The notes under the pieces are model-generated. The model was not told the DNA's origin. It ran no database searches and saw only the letters and a list, made by a program, of their open reading frames with translations. DNA of 64,000 bases, taken from NCBI GenBank assembly GCA_964291215.2, contig OZ219791.1:1632001-1696000 (forward strand), in the 5' to 3' direction. Both the position numbers and the translations under genes were made by a program. Positions 1-11,625 of this stretch are shown here, piece after piece (the stretch's first letter is position 1; the number at the start of each line of letters is the position of its first letter). Source of the stretch: Alphaproteobacteria bacterium (GTDB taxonomy: Bacteria > Pseudomonadota > Alphaproteobacteria > MPNO01 > UBA830).

Positions 1-829
1 CGGCGAGTCCGAGGAGGCCGAACACGATCGACGGTACCGCGGCGAGGTTGTTGATGTTGACCTCTATCAGGTCGGTCCAGCGATTCTTGGGCGCGAATTC
101 CTCAAGATAGATGGCGGCCGAAACGCCGACGGGGAAACTTAGCAGCAGGGTGACCAGCATGGTCCAGAAGGAACCGACGATCGCGCCCCAGATGCCGGCC
201 TGCTCGGCTTCGCGCGACGCGCCAGCGGAAAACAGCGTCGTGTTGAAATTCGCCTCGATCCGCCCGTCCGCTGCGAGCCGCTCGTACCACGCCACCTCGC
301 GGTCCTTGAGCGGCCGCTCGTCCTCCGGCGTGTCGACGCCGTACTTTCCCTTGTGGAACTGATCGAGATCGTCGGAGGCCGTCAGCCAGATCTCGCGGGT
401 GGTTCCGATGAAGTCCGGTTTGTCGATCACCATGCTCCGCAAGGCGATGTCGGCGCCCGAACTGACGAGCCTGCGGAGCTGCCGTTTGTCGCGGCGCTTG
501 CGCACCTCCGGAAACAGTTTCTCGATTGCCCGGCGGTAGAGAACCGCGTAGTTGGCCGTTCTCAGGGTCTCGGCATCGCGCGTCCCGTCAGGATCGATCA
601 CTTCGGTGTCGAAATGGATGTCGAGACGAATCTCGGTCTGGACGAAGGCGCTGTAGCCGGTTCCGATGATCGTGATCATCAGCCACAGCAACACCGCAAT
701 GGCCATGCCCACGGCGAGAATGCCGTAGGCGCGGAACCGGCGTTCGGCCCGGTGCCTCTTGGCGAGGCCGGGCGACCGGCCGCCGGCGGTCCCTGCCGTC
801 TGCGTTTTCGCCTGCGTTGCGTCAGTCAT
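1..829 (-). CDS. pstA: Phosphate ABC transporter permease PstA (runs off left edge)
   Basis: Manual translation from ATG at 829: MTDATQ...KRHRAERRFRAYG...AAIYLEEFAPKNRWTDLIEVNINNLAAVPSIVFGLLGL; the start overlaps the end of pstC. Absent from the ORF track because it is truncated. Confidence 0.93.
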   Translation of the reverse strand, partial: MTDATQAKTQTAGTAGGRSPGLAKRHRAERRFRAYGILAVGMAIAVLLWLMITIIGTGYSAFVQTEIRLDIHFDTEVIDPDGTRDAETLRTANYAVLYRRAIEKLFPEVRKRRDKRQLRRLVSSGADIALRSMVIDKPDFIGTTREIWLTASDDLDQFHKGKYGVDTPEDERPLKDREVAWYERLAADGRIEANFNTTLFSAGASREAEQAGIWGAIVGSFWTMLVTLLLSFPVGVSAAIYLEEFAPKNRWTDLIEVNINNLAAVPSIVFGLLGLA

Positions 830-2216
830 ACTGTTCCCTGTATTTGCGGACAACGTGCAGCGCGACCATGTTCATTGCGAGCGTCGCGACGAAAAGCACG
901 AGGCCGAGCGCGAACGCGGCAAGCGTCTTGGCGCTGTCGAACTCCTGATCGCCGACAAGCAGCGTGACGATCTGGACGGTGACGGTAGTAACCGCCTCGA
1001 ACGGGTTGGCCGTGAGGTTGGCCGCGAGACCGGCGGCCATGACGACGATCATCGTCTCGCCGATGGCGCGGCTGACAGCGAGCAGGCAGGCAGCGAAAAC
1101 TCCCGGCAACGCGGCGGGCAGGATGACGCGCTTGATGGTCTCGGACCGGGTCGAGCCAAGCGCATAGGACCCGTCGCGCAGGGATTGCGGTACGGCGCTG
1201 ATGACGTCGTCGGAGAGCGACGAGACGAAGGGGATGATCATGATCCCCATCACCAGGCCGGCTGCGAGCGCGCTTTCGGACGCGACGTCGAACCCCAGCA
1301 CGTCGCCGAGCTCGCGCAGATGGGGAGCGACGGTCAGGGCGGCAAAGAACCCGTAGACCACCGTCGGAACGCCGGCGAGAATCTCCAGTGCCGGCTTGAT
1401 GGCGGCCCGCACGCGTGGCGCCGCGTATTCCGACAGGTAGATGGCCGAGAACAGCCCGACCGGAACCGCGATCATCATGGCGATGGCGGTGATCAGCAGC
1501 GTGCCCGAGAACAGCGGGATGGCTCCGAAACTGCCGGATGCCCCGACCTGATCCTTGCGCAGCGCCGTCTGCGGACTCCATTCGACCCCGAACAGGAAAT
1601 CCACGAACGATACCTTGCCGAAGAAGCGGATCGATTCGAAGATCAGCGACAGGACGATACCGGCGGTGGTTACGATCGCGATCGTGGAACAGGCGATCAG
1701 GAAAATGCGGAGCGTCCGCTCGACGTGATTGCGGGCGCGCATTGCCGGAGTTATCGTGCGCAGCGTCAGGAGGCCGCACCCGATCGCAATGGCGAGCGCC
1801 AGCACGAACAGTGCGCCGTTGCCGATGACGCGCAACTCCCGGAGATGCTCGGTGCCAGCGGCTGCGGCCTGGCCGAGCAGCGTGTCGGCGCCGCGGCCGG
1901 TTATGTTGCCGTTGGCAAGCGAGCGGATGTCGCTCATCAGCAGGCCGAGCTGATCCGGAGGCAGGTTCCGGGCTTCGGGCGGAAGCGACGACGTCACGAG
2001 ATCCTCGAGGATCGCGGGCTGCACGATCAGCCACAGCGCCGCCACGAGCACGGCCGGCACCGCGCACCACAGGGCAACGTATGTGCCGTGATAGACCGGC
2101 CGGGAGTGCAGGAGATGGGGCCGACTGCCAGTCGATGCCACCGCCCGCCTCCGCCCCATGACGTATCCGATGGCGGTGAGCAGGAGGAGGACGGCGATCA
2201 GCATCGTGGGCGACAT
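822..2216 (-). CDS. pstC: Phosphate ABC transporter permease PstC
   Basis: ORF 822..2267 with LEILAGVPTVVYGFF and SRAIGETMIVVMAAG motifs; likely start MSPTM at 2216. Confidence 0.95.
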   Translation of the reverse strand: MSPTMLIAVLLLLTAIGYVMGRRRAVASTGSRPHLLHSRPVYHGTYVALWCAVPAVLVAALWLIVQPAILEDLVTSSLPPEARNLPPDQLGLLMSDIRSLANGNITGRGADTLLGQAAAAGTEHLRELRVIGNGALFVLALAIAIGCGLLTLRTITPAMRARNHVERTLRIFLIACSTIAIVTTAGIVLSLIFESIRFFGKVSFVDFLFGVEWSPQTALRKDQVGASGSFGAIPLFSGTLLITAIAMMIAVPVGLFSAIYLSEYAAPRVRAAIKPALEILAGVPTVVYGFFAALTVAPHLRELGDVLGFDVASESALAAGLVMGIMIIPFVSSLSDDVISAVPQSLRDGSYALGSTRSETIKRVILPAALPGVFAACLLAVSRAIGETMIVVMAAGLAANLTANPFEAVTTVTVQIVTLLVGDQEFDSAKTLAAFALGLVLFVATLAMNMVALHVVRKYREQYD

Positions 2217-2358
2217 CCTGTTCTCCGCATTCCCATCCCGGTCCGCGCCCCCGCGGGGACCCAGCATTGCCGCCGGTACGGCCCATACCCGGCATCATGC
2301 GCGCCCGTGACCCGCAGGACCCTGCCTGAACCCGCTAGGTACGCGTACTCCAAGTCCT

Positions 2359-2391
2359 GTATATGACAGTTTTATTAATGTTATGTGACGG
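2359..2391 (-). promoter_or_regulatory. Pho box (PhoB site), three 11-bp units
   Basis: Minus strand CCGTCACATAA-CATTAATAAAA-CTGTCATATAC upstream of pstC; matches the CTGTCAT 11-bp-period PhoB consensus in an AT-rich patch. Confidence 0.8.
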
Positions 2392-2435
2392 TCGCGCCGC
2401 CAGTTCGGTTGTCGCCCGATACCGCTCTGCCGGGA

Positions 2436-3845
2436 TCACGAGGGCGTGGCGTCGTCGGCCGGATCGCGCATTTCTGCCGCGGGCAGGCGGACGGTGAAGG
2501 TGCTGCCCCGGCCGACCTCTGATTCGATCTCGAGCCGGCCACGATGGCGGTTCACGATGTGCTTGACAATGGCGAGGCCGAGCCCGGTGCCACCGAGTTC
2601 GCGCGATCTGGCGGCGTCGACGCGGTAGAAGCGCTCGGTCAGGCGGAGCTTGTGCTCGTCGGCTATTCCTGGACCGTCATCGATGACCGATATCTCGATG
2701 CTGATGCCGTCCGCGGACCCCGGCAGCGGCTCGCTGCTGTTGTGGGCGCTGATGAGCACCGCCGAGTTGTCGCCGCTGTACTTGACGGCGTTGTCGACCA
2801 GATTCTGCAGGAGCTGCGTGATTTCCTCCTCGTCGCCGCGGATGCCGGGTAGGGAAAGCGCCGATTCCACCCTGATGTCGATACCGCGTTCCGCCGCTGG
2901 AATCCGGAGGGAGCGGGCGATATCGGAGAGCAGGTCGGGAAGGTTGACGACACCGTCGGGCGGCGTCATCTCGTTCATCTCGATGCACGACAGTGACAGC
3001 AGATCCTCGGTCAGCCGGGTCATGCGGGCAATATGCGTGTCCATCATCTCGATGAACTTGCGCTGCGCCTCGGGATCGTCCGTGGCCGCTCCTTGGAGCG
3101 TCTTGATGCAGCCCGCAAGCACGGCAAGCGGAGTCTTGAGTTCGTGGCTGGCGTTGGCCACGAAGTCGGCCCGGGCCTGATGAATCTTCCGGATCTCGGT
3201 GGTGTCATGAAACGCGAGCACGGCCGCCGCTTCGCTTTCCGGCGATACCGCGAGTTTCCGCATCTGGACAGTGAACGTACTCTGGGTGGGAAACAGGGTC
3301 TCGAACTCGACGAGCTCGCGGTCGCCGCCCGCGAGGATCCGGTCGGCAGCCGCAAGCACGCCGGGATCGCGGACCACGGACGACAGGTCGGCGCCGCGGC
3401 TTGCCGTGCCGAGCAGTTCCGTCACCCCGACGGTTGCGTGAGCTATGTAGCGGTTGCTGTCGATCAGGATCAGCGGATAGGGGAGGCCTTCTAGGATCGT
3501 TTCTGCAGCCGCCGCCTGTGCGGTGAGCTGCTGGTATTCCCGCTCCCAGGCCGAATTGGCCCTGTCGATTGCGGCGGCGAACTCCGGCAGCAGCCCCGGG
3601 TGGTGATCCGGATGCGCCGTGCCGGTCCCCGGTTCCCGGGCGCGTCCGGCAATCTCAGCGATGTTGCGCAGCAGGTGGCGGGCGACGGCGAAAAGCGCCA
3701 TCGCGCACGCGATGCCGGCGATCAGGACGGCATCGGGCTCAAGCACGCCGAGTGTGGCGAGGACGGCGAGGACGGCGAGGACGGGCGCCGAGGCCATGCC
3801 GGCCAACGCAAGAACCCGCCACCAGGATATGTCCCCCCTATTCAT
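2436..3845 (-). CDS. phoR: Phosphate regulon sensor histidine kinase PhoR
   Basis: DFVANASHELKTPL H-box, NLVDNAVKY, RFYRVD...GGTGLGLAIVKH; next to the pst genes; start uncertain. Confidence 0.9.
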   Translation of the reverse strand: MNRGDISWWRVLALAGMASAPVLAVLAVLATLGVLEPDAVLIAGIACAMALFAVARHLLRNIAEIAGRAREPGTGTAHPDHHPGLLPEFAAAIDRANSAWEREYQQLTAQAAAAETILEGLPYPLILIDSNRYIAHATVGVTELLGTASRGADLSSVVRDPGVLAAADRILAGGDRELVEFETLFPTQSTFTVQMRKLAVSPESEAAAVLAFHDTTEIRKIHQARADFVANASHELKTPLAVLAGCIKTLQGAATDDPEAQRKFIEMMDTHIARMTRLTEDLLSLSCIEMNEMTPPDGVVNLPDLLSDIARSLRIPAAERGIDIRVESALSLPGIRGDEEEITQLLQNLVDNAVKYSGDNSAVLISAHNSSEPLPGSADGISIEISVIDDGPGIADEHKLRLTERFYRVDAARSRELGGTGLGLAIVKHIVNRHRGRLEIESEVGRGSTFTVRLPAAEMRDPADDATPS

Positions 3846-3892
3846 CCCTTCCTGCTGCCGCACCGGCTTCCGGCGCCCGCACCATCAGCGTG

Positions 3893-6193
3893 TCAGCGGC
3901 CTCGCGCGCAATCCCCGGCGCGAGCGGCCATTTCCAGCGCGTCATGGGCGGCCATGGTCGCAAAGTTCACGAGCTCGGCATCGTTGGCGCTCATCGGCGC
4001 GATCTGCACCGAATGCCGGAGCCCGATCAGAAGCGGGCCGATGACGGTGCCGCCGCCGAGCTTGTGGAGGATGTGCGAAGAGATCGCGGCCGAATGCAGG
4101 CTCGGCATGATCAGGACGTTGGCCGCGCCCGACAGGCGGCAGAACGGATAGACGTGCCGCAAATCCATGTCGAGCGCGACTTCGGCTGTCATTTCCCCGT
4201 CATATTCGAAATCCGCGCCTTCGTCGTCGAGAATCCCGACGGCCTCACGGACGTGCGAGGCGAAGGTGCCGGGCGGGTTGCCGAAATTGGCTGATGACAG
4301 GAACGCAACCAGCGGCTCGTGTCCCACCGATCGCGCCTTGGCGGCGCACTGGTGGGCGATGCGCGCGAGCTGCGCCGCGTCGGGGCTCTGGTGGATGGCC
4401 GTGTCGGCGATGAACACGGTGCGGCCGCGCGACATCATCATCTCGAGTCCAAAGACCTCGTGCCCGGGGACGGGATCGACGGCGCGGCGGATATCGGCGT
4501 AGCACACCGAATAGTTGCGCGACAGGCCGGTGACCATGGCGTCTATGTCGCCATGGGCAAGCATGCAGGCGGAGAACACGTTGCGGTCGGTATGAACGAG
4601 GCGCTGGCAGTCGCGATAGAGGAGTCCTTCGCGTTGCAGGCGGCGGTAGAGAAACTCGATGTAATGGGTGTTGCCACCCGAGAGCCGGGCATTGTGGATC
4701 TCGATCCCCCCGGCTCCGGTCAGCCCGAGCTGCTGGATGGTCCGCTGGACGCGCTCTTCGCGGCCGATCAGCACTGGCGTACCAAGCCCGGACTGGGCGA
4801 AGGCGATGGCGGCGCGGATCGTGGTTTCCTCCTCGCCTTCGGCAAATCCGACCCGGCGCGGGCTCGCCCGCACATCGGCATGAATCGTCTGGAGCATGGA
4901 GACTGTGGGATCAAGGCGCGCCGACAGCGCGACCTCGTAGGACTTGACCTCCGGCATCTCCATGCGCGCGACGCCGCTGTCGACGGCCGCCTGGGCGACG
5001 GCCGGCGGAACCCATGATATCAGGCGCGGATCGAAGGGAACCGGGATGATGTAGTCCGGTCCGAACTGCAGGCGCCGGCCCGAATAGGCGGCGGCGACCT
5101 CGTCGGGAACGTCGTTGCGCGCGAGTTCGGCCAGTGCGCGCGCCGCCGCCATCTTCATCTCGTCATTGATGGTGCGGGCGCGGACATCGAGTGCGCCGCG
5201 GAAGATGTAGGGAAAGCCGAGAACGTTGTTGACCTGGTTGGGATAGTCGGACCGGCCGGTGGCGATTATCGCGTCGGAACGCGCGCGCTGTGCCGCCTCG
5301 GGAAAGATCTCGGGGTCCGGATTGGCCATGGCGAAGATGATCGGCTGCGCCGACATCGACTTGACCATATCCGGCGTCACCGATCCGGCCACCGAGACCC
5401 CGAAGAACACGTCCGCGCCCTTCATCGCGTCGGCCAGGCTGCGCGCGCATGTGTCGACGGCGTGCGCCGACTTCCATTGGTTCATTCCGTCCTCGCGGCC
5501 GGTATGGACCACGCCGTTGGTGTCGCACAGGAGCACGCTGTCGTGGCGCATCCCGAAGGCCTTGAGCAGTTCGGCGCAGGCGATGCCCGCGGCGCCGGCG
5601 CCGTTGATGACCAGGGTCGTCGTGGCGATGTCGCGTCCGGTTAGCTCGATCGCGTTGATCAGGCCGGCGGCGGCAATGATCGCGGTGCCATGCTGGTCGT
5701 CATGAAAGATCGGAATGTTCATCGCCTCGCGAAGCCGACTTTCGATCTGGAAGCAGTCGGGGGCGCGAATGTCTTCGAGGTTGATGCCGCCGAAGGAGGG
5801 GCCGAGATGGCGCACGCAATTGACGAAGGCGTCGACATCCTCGGTGTCGAGCTCGAGGTCGATGGCGTCGATGTCGGCAAAGCGCTTGAATAGGACCGCC
5901 TTGCCCTCCATGACCGGCTTGGAAGCGAGGCCGCCGAGATTTCCGAGTCCGAGAACCGCAGTGCCGTTGGAAATCACGGCAACGAGGTTGCCTTTGGCGG
6001 TGTATTCGAAGGCGTCGGCCGGATCGTCGGCGATCTGCAGGCACGGGGCGGCGACCCCGGGCGAATAGGCCAGCGCGAGGTCGCGCTGGGTTGCGAGGGG
6101 TTTGGTCGGTGCAATCTCGATCTTGCCCGGCCGTCCGGAGCGATGCATCGCAAGGGCGTCCCGGTCAAGATCGCTGAGCTTCCGTTCCGCCAT
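3893..6193 (-). CDS. maeB: NADP-dependent malic enzyme with phosphotransacetylase-like domain
   Basis: [43 protein letters not shown] plus a C-terminal FAEGEE PTA-like domain. Confidence 0.95.
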   Translation of the reverse strand: MAERKLSDLDRDALAMHRSGRPGKIEIAPTKPLATQRDLALAYSPGVAAPCLQIADDPADAFEYTAKGNLVAVISNGTAVLGLGNLGGLASKPVMEGKAVLFKRFADIDAIDLELDTEDVDAFVNCVRHLGPSFGGINLEDIRAPDCFQIESRLREAMNIPIFHDDQHGTAIIAAAGLINAIELTGRDIATTTLVINGAGAAGIACAELLKAFGMRHDSVLLCDTNGVVHTGREDGMNQWKSAHAVDTCARSLADAMKGADVFFGVSVAGSVTPDMVKSMSAQPIIFAMANPDPEIFPEAAQRARSDAIIATGRSDYPNQVNNVLGFPYIFRGALDVRARTINDEMKMAAARALAELARNDVPDEVAAAYSGRRLQFGPDYIIPVPFDPRLISWVPPAVAQAAVDSGVARMEMPEVKSYEVALSARLDPTVSMLQTIHADVRASPRRVGFAEGEEETTIRAAIAFAQSGLGTPVLIGREERVQRTIQQLGLTGAGGIEIHNARLSGGNTHYIEFLYRRLQREGLLYRDCQRLVHTDRNVFSACMLAHGDIDAMVTGLSRNYSVCYADIRRAVDPVPGHEVFGLEMMMSRGRTVFIADTAIHQSPDAAQLARIAHQCAAKARSVGHEPLVAFLSSANFGNPPGTFASHVREAVGILDDEGADFEYDGEMTAEVALDMDLRHVYPFCRLSGAANVLIMPSLHSAAISSHILHKLGGGTVIGPLLIGLRHSVQIAPMSANDAELVNFATMAAHDALEMAARAGDCARGR

Positions 6194-6414
6194 ATGTATC
6201 GATCCCGCCAAGCTGCGATACCGGCAGGATAGTCACTAAATCGACGGCGTCCAGCCGGGTCGCTCGCGGGCTGCCGTCAGGGCCGGAGCGCGGTGAACGG
6301 ACGCTGTCCCGGACCGCATCCCGTCGCGAAGGCAGGCGGCCGCAGCGCGAATTCGTTGACTTGGCAAGTCTGAAAATTCACTATCGTGCGGCAGCAACAG
6401 CGTACGAGTGCGCC

Positions 6415-9123
6415 ATGATGGACAAGGTTGCGGACTTGGTCGGGACAGCGGACATAGCCGGGGTGAAGGCGTCGGAGCCCGAACGCCCGTCTTCCGGCGC
6501 CGCGCAGTCGCCGATGATGGTCCAGTACTTCCAGATCAAGAAGGATCATCCGGACGCCATCCTCTTCTACCAGATGGGCGATTTCTACGAGATGTTCTTC
6601 GACGATGCTGTGAAGGCCGCCGAGGCGCTCGACATCACCCTGACCCGGCGGGGCAAGCACGGGGACGAGAACATCCCCATGTGCGGGGTTCCGGTCCAGA
6701 CTGCCCAGACCTATCTGGCGCGCCTGATCCGGCGCGGCTTCCGCGTTGCCGTTTGCGAGCAGACGGAAGATCCCCGGGCTGTGAAACAGCGCGGTTCGAA
6801 GGAGGTCATGCGCCGCGAGGTGACGCGCGTCATCACGCCGGGCACGCTGGTCGAGGACGCGCTCCTCGATGCCCGGCGTCACAACTATCTTGCGGCCGTT
6901 GCTGACGCTGCCGGCGGGCACGGGCTGGCCTGGCTCGACATCTCGACCGGCGCCTTCTTTACCGAACCGGTCACAGCTCCGGCGCTTGCGGCTGCGATCG
7001 CCCGCATCGAGCCCGGCGAACTCCTGGTTCCCGAACGGCTTGCGTCCAGGCCCGAGGTGGCCGCCATCTCGCGGGATCTCGGCGACAGGCTGGCGATGGT
7101 CCCTTCGGCGTCGTTTGACAGCGAGGCGGCGCGCCGCCGGCTCGAGAAGATATTTGCCGTCCGGTCGCTTGATGGATTCGGCGATTTCACCCGTGCGGAA
7201 CTGTCGGCCGGAGGCGCGCTCCTCGATTACATCGAACTGACCCAGCGTGGCAAGATGCCCGGGTTGCAGCGCCCGCGGCGCCTGCGCCAGGGCGCGGTCA
7301 TGGACATCGATCCCGCCACCCGTCGCAATCTCGAGCTGGTCCAGACCATGTCCGGCGCTCGCGAGGGCTCGCTCTTGGACGTGATCGACTGCACCGTGAC
7401 CGGAGCGGGTGCGCGGCTGCTGGCCGCCCGGTTGTCGGCTCCGCTGACCGACACTGCCGCCATTCGTGCGCGTCACGACGCCGTCGACTGGTTTGCCGCA
7501 CAGAGAGACATGCGCGACGACATGCGCGGCGCGCTGCGTTCGGCTCCCGACATGGAGCGCGCGTTGTCGCGCCTGCTTATGGGGCGTGGTGCGCCCCGCG
7601 ACCTCGGTTCGCTGCGTGGCGGGCTCGCCGCCGCAGCCGACCTGCGGCCGTCGCTGGCCACCGCCGGCGAGCTGCCGCAGGAAATCGCGGGCGCCATGGA
7701 GGAACTTGGGGATCACGGCGCGCTCATCGACCGTCTCGACCGTGCGCTCATGGACGACTTGCCGCTCTCGACCCGGGACGGCGGCTTCGTCAGGGCCGGT
7801 TTCTCGGAGGATCTCGATGAACAGAGACACCTCCGCGACCAGAGCCGTACCCACATTGCCGTCCTGCAGGCGAGATACGCGGAGGAGACCGGAATCGCGT
7901 CGCTCAAGATCCGGCACAACAACGTGCTCGGATATTTCGTCGACATCAAGCCGGGCCATGCCGACAGGGTTGCGGCCGTGGGCGGAGACCGGTTCATCCA
8001 CCGCCAGACCCTCGCCTCCGCAGTCCGCTATACCACGGTCGAGCTCGGCGAGCTCGAAGGCCGGCTCGCTCAGGCCGGGGAGCGCGCGGTGGCGCTCGAA
8101 CTCGACCTGTTCGAGGAGCTGGTTGCCGGCGTCGCGGAGCGCGCCGACGCCATCTTGCGCACCGCCGCGGCGCTTGCGGTGCTCGATGTCGCCTGCGCGC
8201 TCGCGGGGCTTGCCGTGCGCTGTCGCTACGCGCGTCCCGAGATGGCTGACGACACCTCCTTCAGCGTCACCGCAGGCCGCCATCCCGTCGTCGAGGCGGC
8301 GCCCGGGGGCACGGCGGGTGCAAACTTTGTCGCCAACGACTGCGACCTCGACGAGGCGCAGCGCCTGTGGCTCATGACCGGGCCCAACATGGCCGGCAAG
8401 TCCACCTTTCTGCGCCAGAACGCGCTGATCGCGGTACTCGCCCAGATGGGCTCCTTCGTTCCGGCCGAGGCGGCGCGCATCGGCGTCATCGACCGGCTGT
8501 TCAGCCGCGTCGGTGCCGCCGACGATCTCGCACGCGGCCGCTCGACCTTCATGGTCGAGATGGTGGAAACGGCGATCATCCTGAACCAGGCGACCGAGCG
8601 GTCGCTGGTCATACTCGACGAAATCGGCCGCGGCACTGCAACCTTCGACGGGCTGTCCATCGCCTGGGCGACCCTTGAGCATCTGCATGACCTGAATCGC
8701 TGCCGGACCCTGTTCGCCACCCATTTTCACGAACTGACCTCGTTGACGGAGCAGCTGCCGGCGCTCTGCTGCCACACGATGCGGGTCAAGGAGTGGGAGG
8801 GCGAGGTCGTCTTCCTGCATGAGGTCGTCGGCGGCACCGCCGACCGCTCCTATGGCATCCATGTTGCCAAGCTGGCCGGTCTTCCCGAGGCGGTGGTCGT
8901 CCGCGCGCGCGAGGTGCTGAGCGTGCTCGAACAGGGCGAGCAGTCCGGCGCGCTGGCGCAGCTGGCGGAGGACCTGCCGCTGTTTTCGGCGCCGGTGCGA
9001 AGGGGGCCAGCAGCACCGGCTGCGCCGTCGCCGGTCGAGGAGGCGTTGCGGGCGGTCAATCCCGACGAGCTTTCTCCGCGCGATGCGCTCGACGCGCTGT
9101 ACCGGTTGCGGGCGATGCTGTGA
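6415..9123 (+). CDS. mutS: DNA mismatch repair protein MutS
   Basis: [50 protein letters not shown]; intact frame. Confidence 0.97.
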   Translation: MMDKVADLVGTADIAGVKASEPERPSSGAAQSPMMVQYFQIKKDHPDAILFYQMGDFYEMFFDDAVKAAEALDITLTRRGKHGDENIPMCGVPVQTAQTYLARLIRRGFRVAVCEQTEDPRAVKQRGSKEVMRREVTRVITPGTLVEDALLDARRHNYLAAVADAAGGHGLAWLDISTGAFFTEPVTAPALAAAIARIEPGELLVPERLASRPEVAAISRDLGDRLAMVPSASFDSEAARRRLEKIFAVRSLDGFGDFTRAELSAGGALLDYIELTQRGKMPGLQRPRRLRQGAVMDIDPATRRNLELVQTMSGAREGSLLDVIDCTVTGAGARLLAARLSAPLTDTAAIRARHDAVDWFAAQRDMRDDMRGALRSAPDMERALSRLLMGRGAPRDLGSLRGGLAAAADLRPSLATAGELPQEIAGAMEELGDHGALIDRLDRALMDDLPLSTRDGGFVRAGFSEDLDEQRHLRDQSRTHIAVLQARYAEETGIASLKIRHNNVLGYFVDIKPGHADRVAAVGGDRFIHRQTLASAVRYTTVELGELEGRLAQAGERAVALELDLFEELVAGVAERADAILRTAAALAVLDVACALAGLAVRCRYARPEMADDTSFSVTAGRHPVVEAAPGGTAGANFVANDCDLDEAQRLWLMTGPNMAGKSTFLRQNALIAVLAQMGSFVPAEAARIGVIDRLFSRVGAADDLARGRSTFMVEMVETAIILNQATERSLVILDEIGRGTATFDGLSIAWATLEHLHDLNRCRTLFATHFHELTSLTEQLPALCCHTMRVKEWEGEVVFLHEVVGGTADRSYGIHVAKLAGLPEAVVVRAREVLSVLEQGEQSGALAQLAEDLPLFSAPVRRGPAAPAAPSPVEEALRAVNPDELSPRDALDALYRLRAML

Positions 9124-9434
9124 GATGGCGCGGTCGCGGGAGGCGGTGATGGAGGGTCCGGTGGCGCCGGGCGGGTACGACCCGGCAGGCTGCGGCATGG
9201 CCGTCGTCTGCTTCATCGTCGTCATCCTTCGAGCCAGGGGTTTCGGACGGGCGGAGAGTCTGCGGAGCGGGAGATTGCAGCCTTGGGCACTGTCAAGCTG
9301 AACCGGCGGGTGCGCCAGGCTAACTGGCAGAATGTCGCCGGGTGAAAGTCCCGGCAGGAAGAGAGGCTAACCACCACTTTCTCCGTGAACCATGCGTCGT
9401 GAGGCGTCAGGCAAAGCGTTGGGGAGCGGCAGGC

Positions 9435-10255
9435 GTGCAGCGAGTCTAGCTGCTGATCTTGCGGGTGAAAGTCCCGCAATTCTCAGTTTGGCGCCGTAGC
9501 ATTGGTTCAGGGGCGACCCTGGATCAGCGAGCTGGGACGTAGAAAGCCGTCGTGGGCTGGCTGGAACGCAGTGTCCAGCCGATCCGGTCAGCCAGGGCGG
9601 CGAGCAAACCGGAGGGCGAAAGCGAACGGGAAGCCCCGAAATTCCCCACCCACACGAAGCTGATTTGTGGGATAGGCGGCGAACGCCAAGGTTGCTACCC
9701 GATGGCCAGTGTCGATGCGGAAGAACTGAGGAACACGCATCGGGTTCCCCGGGGTACAGACGGCGGCAATTCGGGACAGATCAGCAGTGAAAGACCGGAA
9801 GGTGAGGAGGACAGACAGGATGAAGAGACCCGTCAAGGACCGCGTCTATAACCGGGAGACGGGAAAGGACGCGGAGTCCTCCTGACTGGCGGATGAGGTC
9901 GCCTAAGGGGCGGGACAACACAACCCGTCCCGAGCGAGGACCTCAGGGCTCAGGTAGCCTATGCGGCAGGTCAAGCCGGTACGCAGACCGACAGACTGCA
10001 AGGCCGAAGGACGGAGCAAACGCTCGGAGATGCCGTGGGTATGGTTGGGTCAGCCTTGACTATGGCGTGGGAAGGCTTCGCACCGAACTCCAAGTGGGTG
10101 CCTGATGCTTGAACCGGGAAAACCGGACGTACGGAATTTTAGGGGGGCTGCTGGAAACGTGGTCTATGGCGATTCTGCGAACCCGCCCGCAATCGAAAGA
10201 GCGGTGACGGATAAAGCCTTCGCCTAAGGATGCGCGCGCCAGCGGCCTACCCGAC
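9435..10255 (+). ncRNA. Inner ORF-less group II intron nested in domain I of the outer intron
   Basis: 5' GTGCAGCGAGTCTAGCTGC...GCGGGTGAAAGTCCCGC; 3' ACGTACGGAATTTTAGGGGGG...GGAAACG...GCGCGCCAGCGGCCTACCCGAC (domain V/VI-like, ends AC); no RT ORF inside. Confidence 0.78.
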
Positions 10256-10559
10256 GTGGGCCGGGCTATCGAGCTACGAGATTCAGGTCAAACCGGAGTG
10301 CCGAGGTCGTCCGCCAAGCCGAAGGCAACACCCTGCGAGCCGCGTTGGTGAGGCGAGCAGGTGCTCCGCGGGGTCCGAGAACCATGGCCGAAGCAGGGAC
10401 CCGGGAGGTCTTGCCCCACTGTCGTAGAGGGGTCGCAGAGGAAAGGAACTATTCCGTAACCCGATGATGAACGAGAAGTCGGATTCGGCCATGGTACCGT
10501 CGAAGGCGGCGAACAAGGGCTCTTCGGAGCCTGCGGAGTTGCTGGAGGGAAGGGCAATG

Positions 10560-11545
10560 CGGTTGACCCGCGCCGCACGCAGAAGCGGGGGTCACAGGCG
10601 GCGCATACGACAAGCTGCGAAGAGGAATCCGGAAGAGCGTCTTGTGACGTTGCTCCACCACGTGACGTTCTGCACGCTGCGTTTCACTCCTTGAGAAAGG
10701 ACGCGGCAGCGGGGGTGGACGAAGTTACGTGGCACGCGTACGCGGAAGGTGTGGAACTGCCTGCACGCCCGTGTGCACAGGGGCGGGCGCCCTTGTCGCG
10801 GCGGGTATACATACCCAAGGAGGGCAACGACCGCTTGCCTCGCTGGAGGACAAGATTCTGCAGCGGGCGGTGACGGACACGATTCTGGTACCGCGAGACG
10901 GAGTTCCTCGGGTTACGGTTTCCGGCCGGGGCGCACGATGCGCTCGATGCAGTCGGAGTGGAACGGCGGAAGGTCGACTGGATCGTTGACGCCCCTTCGA
11001 CAACCGCGACCACCTAGTCGCGATGCTCGAGAGACGGATCGGGGGCTCTGATCATCAAGTGACGCTGGCGTCATGGAGCGACACCGGTGTTGGTTCGCCG
11101 CAGGGCGCAGCCCCTGCCTGGCGAACGTTTACCTGGACTACGTGCGACTGGTTTCAGAACCATTGGCGCAAACGGATGACTGACACGATCATCGTGCGCT
11201 ATGCGGACGACCTTGTGTGCGGCTTTCAGTATCAGGGCGATGCGAAGCGCTGGGACCTCGGGGAGAGGTTGGCTCACTTGAACTGCACCCGGACAATCAT
11301 CGAGTTCGGTCGGTTTGCCGGAGCGAGCCGCCGGAAGCGGGGGCAAGACGTTCGACTTCCTCGGCATGACGCACTATTGCGAGCAAACGAGGAAGGGCAA
11401 GTTCAGGGTCGGCCGCAAACCATCCCGGAAACGGGCACCCTGCGGCGGATCAAGGAGGCATTGCGCAAGCTGTGGCACGACAACCGGCACAAGACGGCCA
11501 AGTGGCGAGTGATCAAGGGATGGCTCAACTACTACGCCGTTCCGG
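10560..11545 (+). pseudogene. ltrA: Group II intron reverse transcriptase/maturase, many frameshifts and deletions
   Basis: Fragments in three frames: TLLHHVT, AAAGVD, RRVYIPK, LEDKILQRAV, YGFRPGR, GSPQGA, IVRYADD, TFDFLGMTH, GWLNYYAVP. Confidence 0.9.
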
Positions 11546-11625
11546 GAATACGGAGAGCGGTGTCCGTATGATGCTCCGAAGGGCCGGGTTTCGTTTTGTC
11601 TCGGGACGGCCGGTCCACCCTAGCG

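Larger units (their letters stand above)
9310..11545 (+). mobile_element. Outer group II intron (RT-encoding, decayed, 3' end missing)
   Basis: Starts GTGCG at 9310 with a GGGTGAAAGTCCC stem. Domain I-III-like sequence resumes at 10256 (GTGGGCCGGGCTATCGAGC...GAAGGCAACAC...AAGTCGGA...GTACC...GGAGGGAAGGG), then an RT remnant. No domain V/VI seen after the RT. Confidence 0.8.

Noticed and set aside
6277-9225. 982-aa minus-strand ORF opposite mutS
   Set aside because: Antisense shadow typical of high-GC codon usage; no recognisable motifs.
10560-11545. RT as a possible retron, DGR or defence-associated RT
   Set aside because: The YADD motif, maturase-type C-terminus and flanking ribozyme domains indicate a group II intron; no template/variable repeat pair seen.
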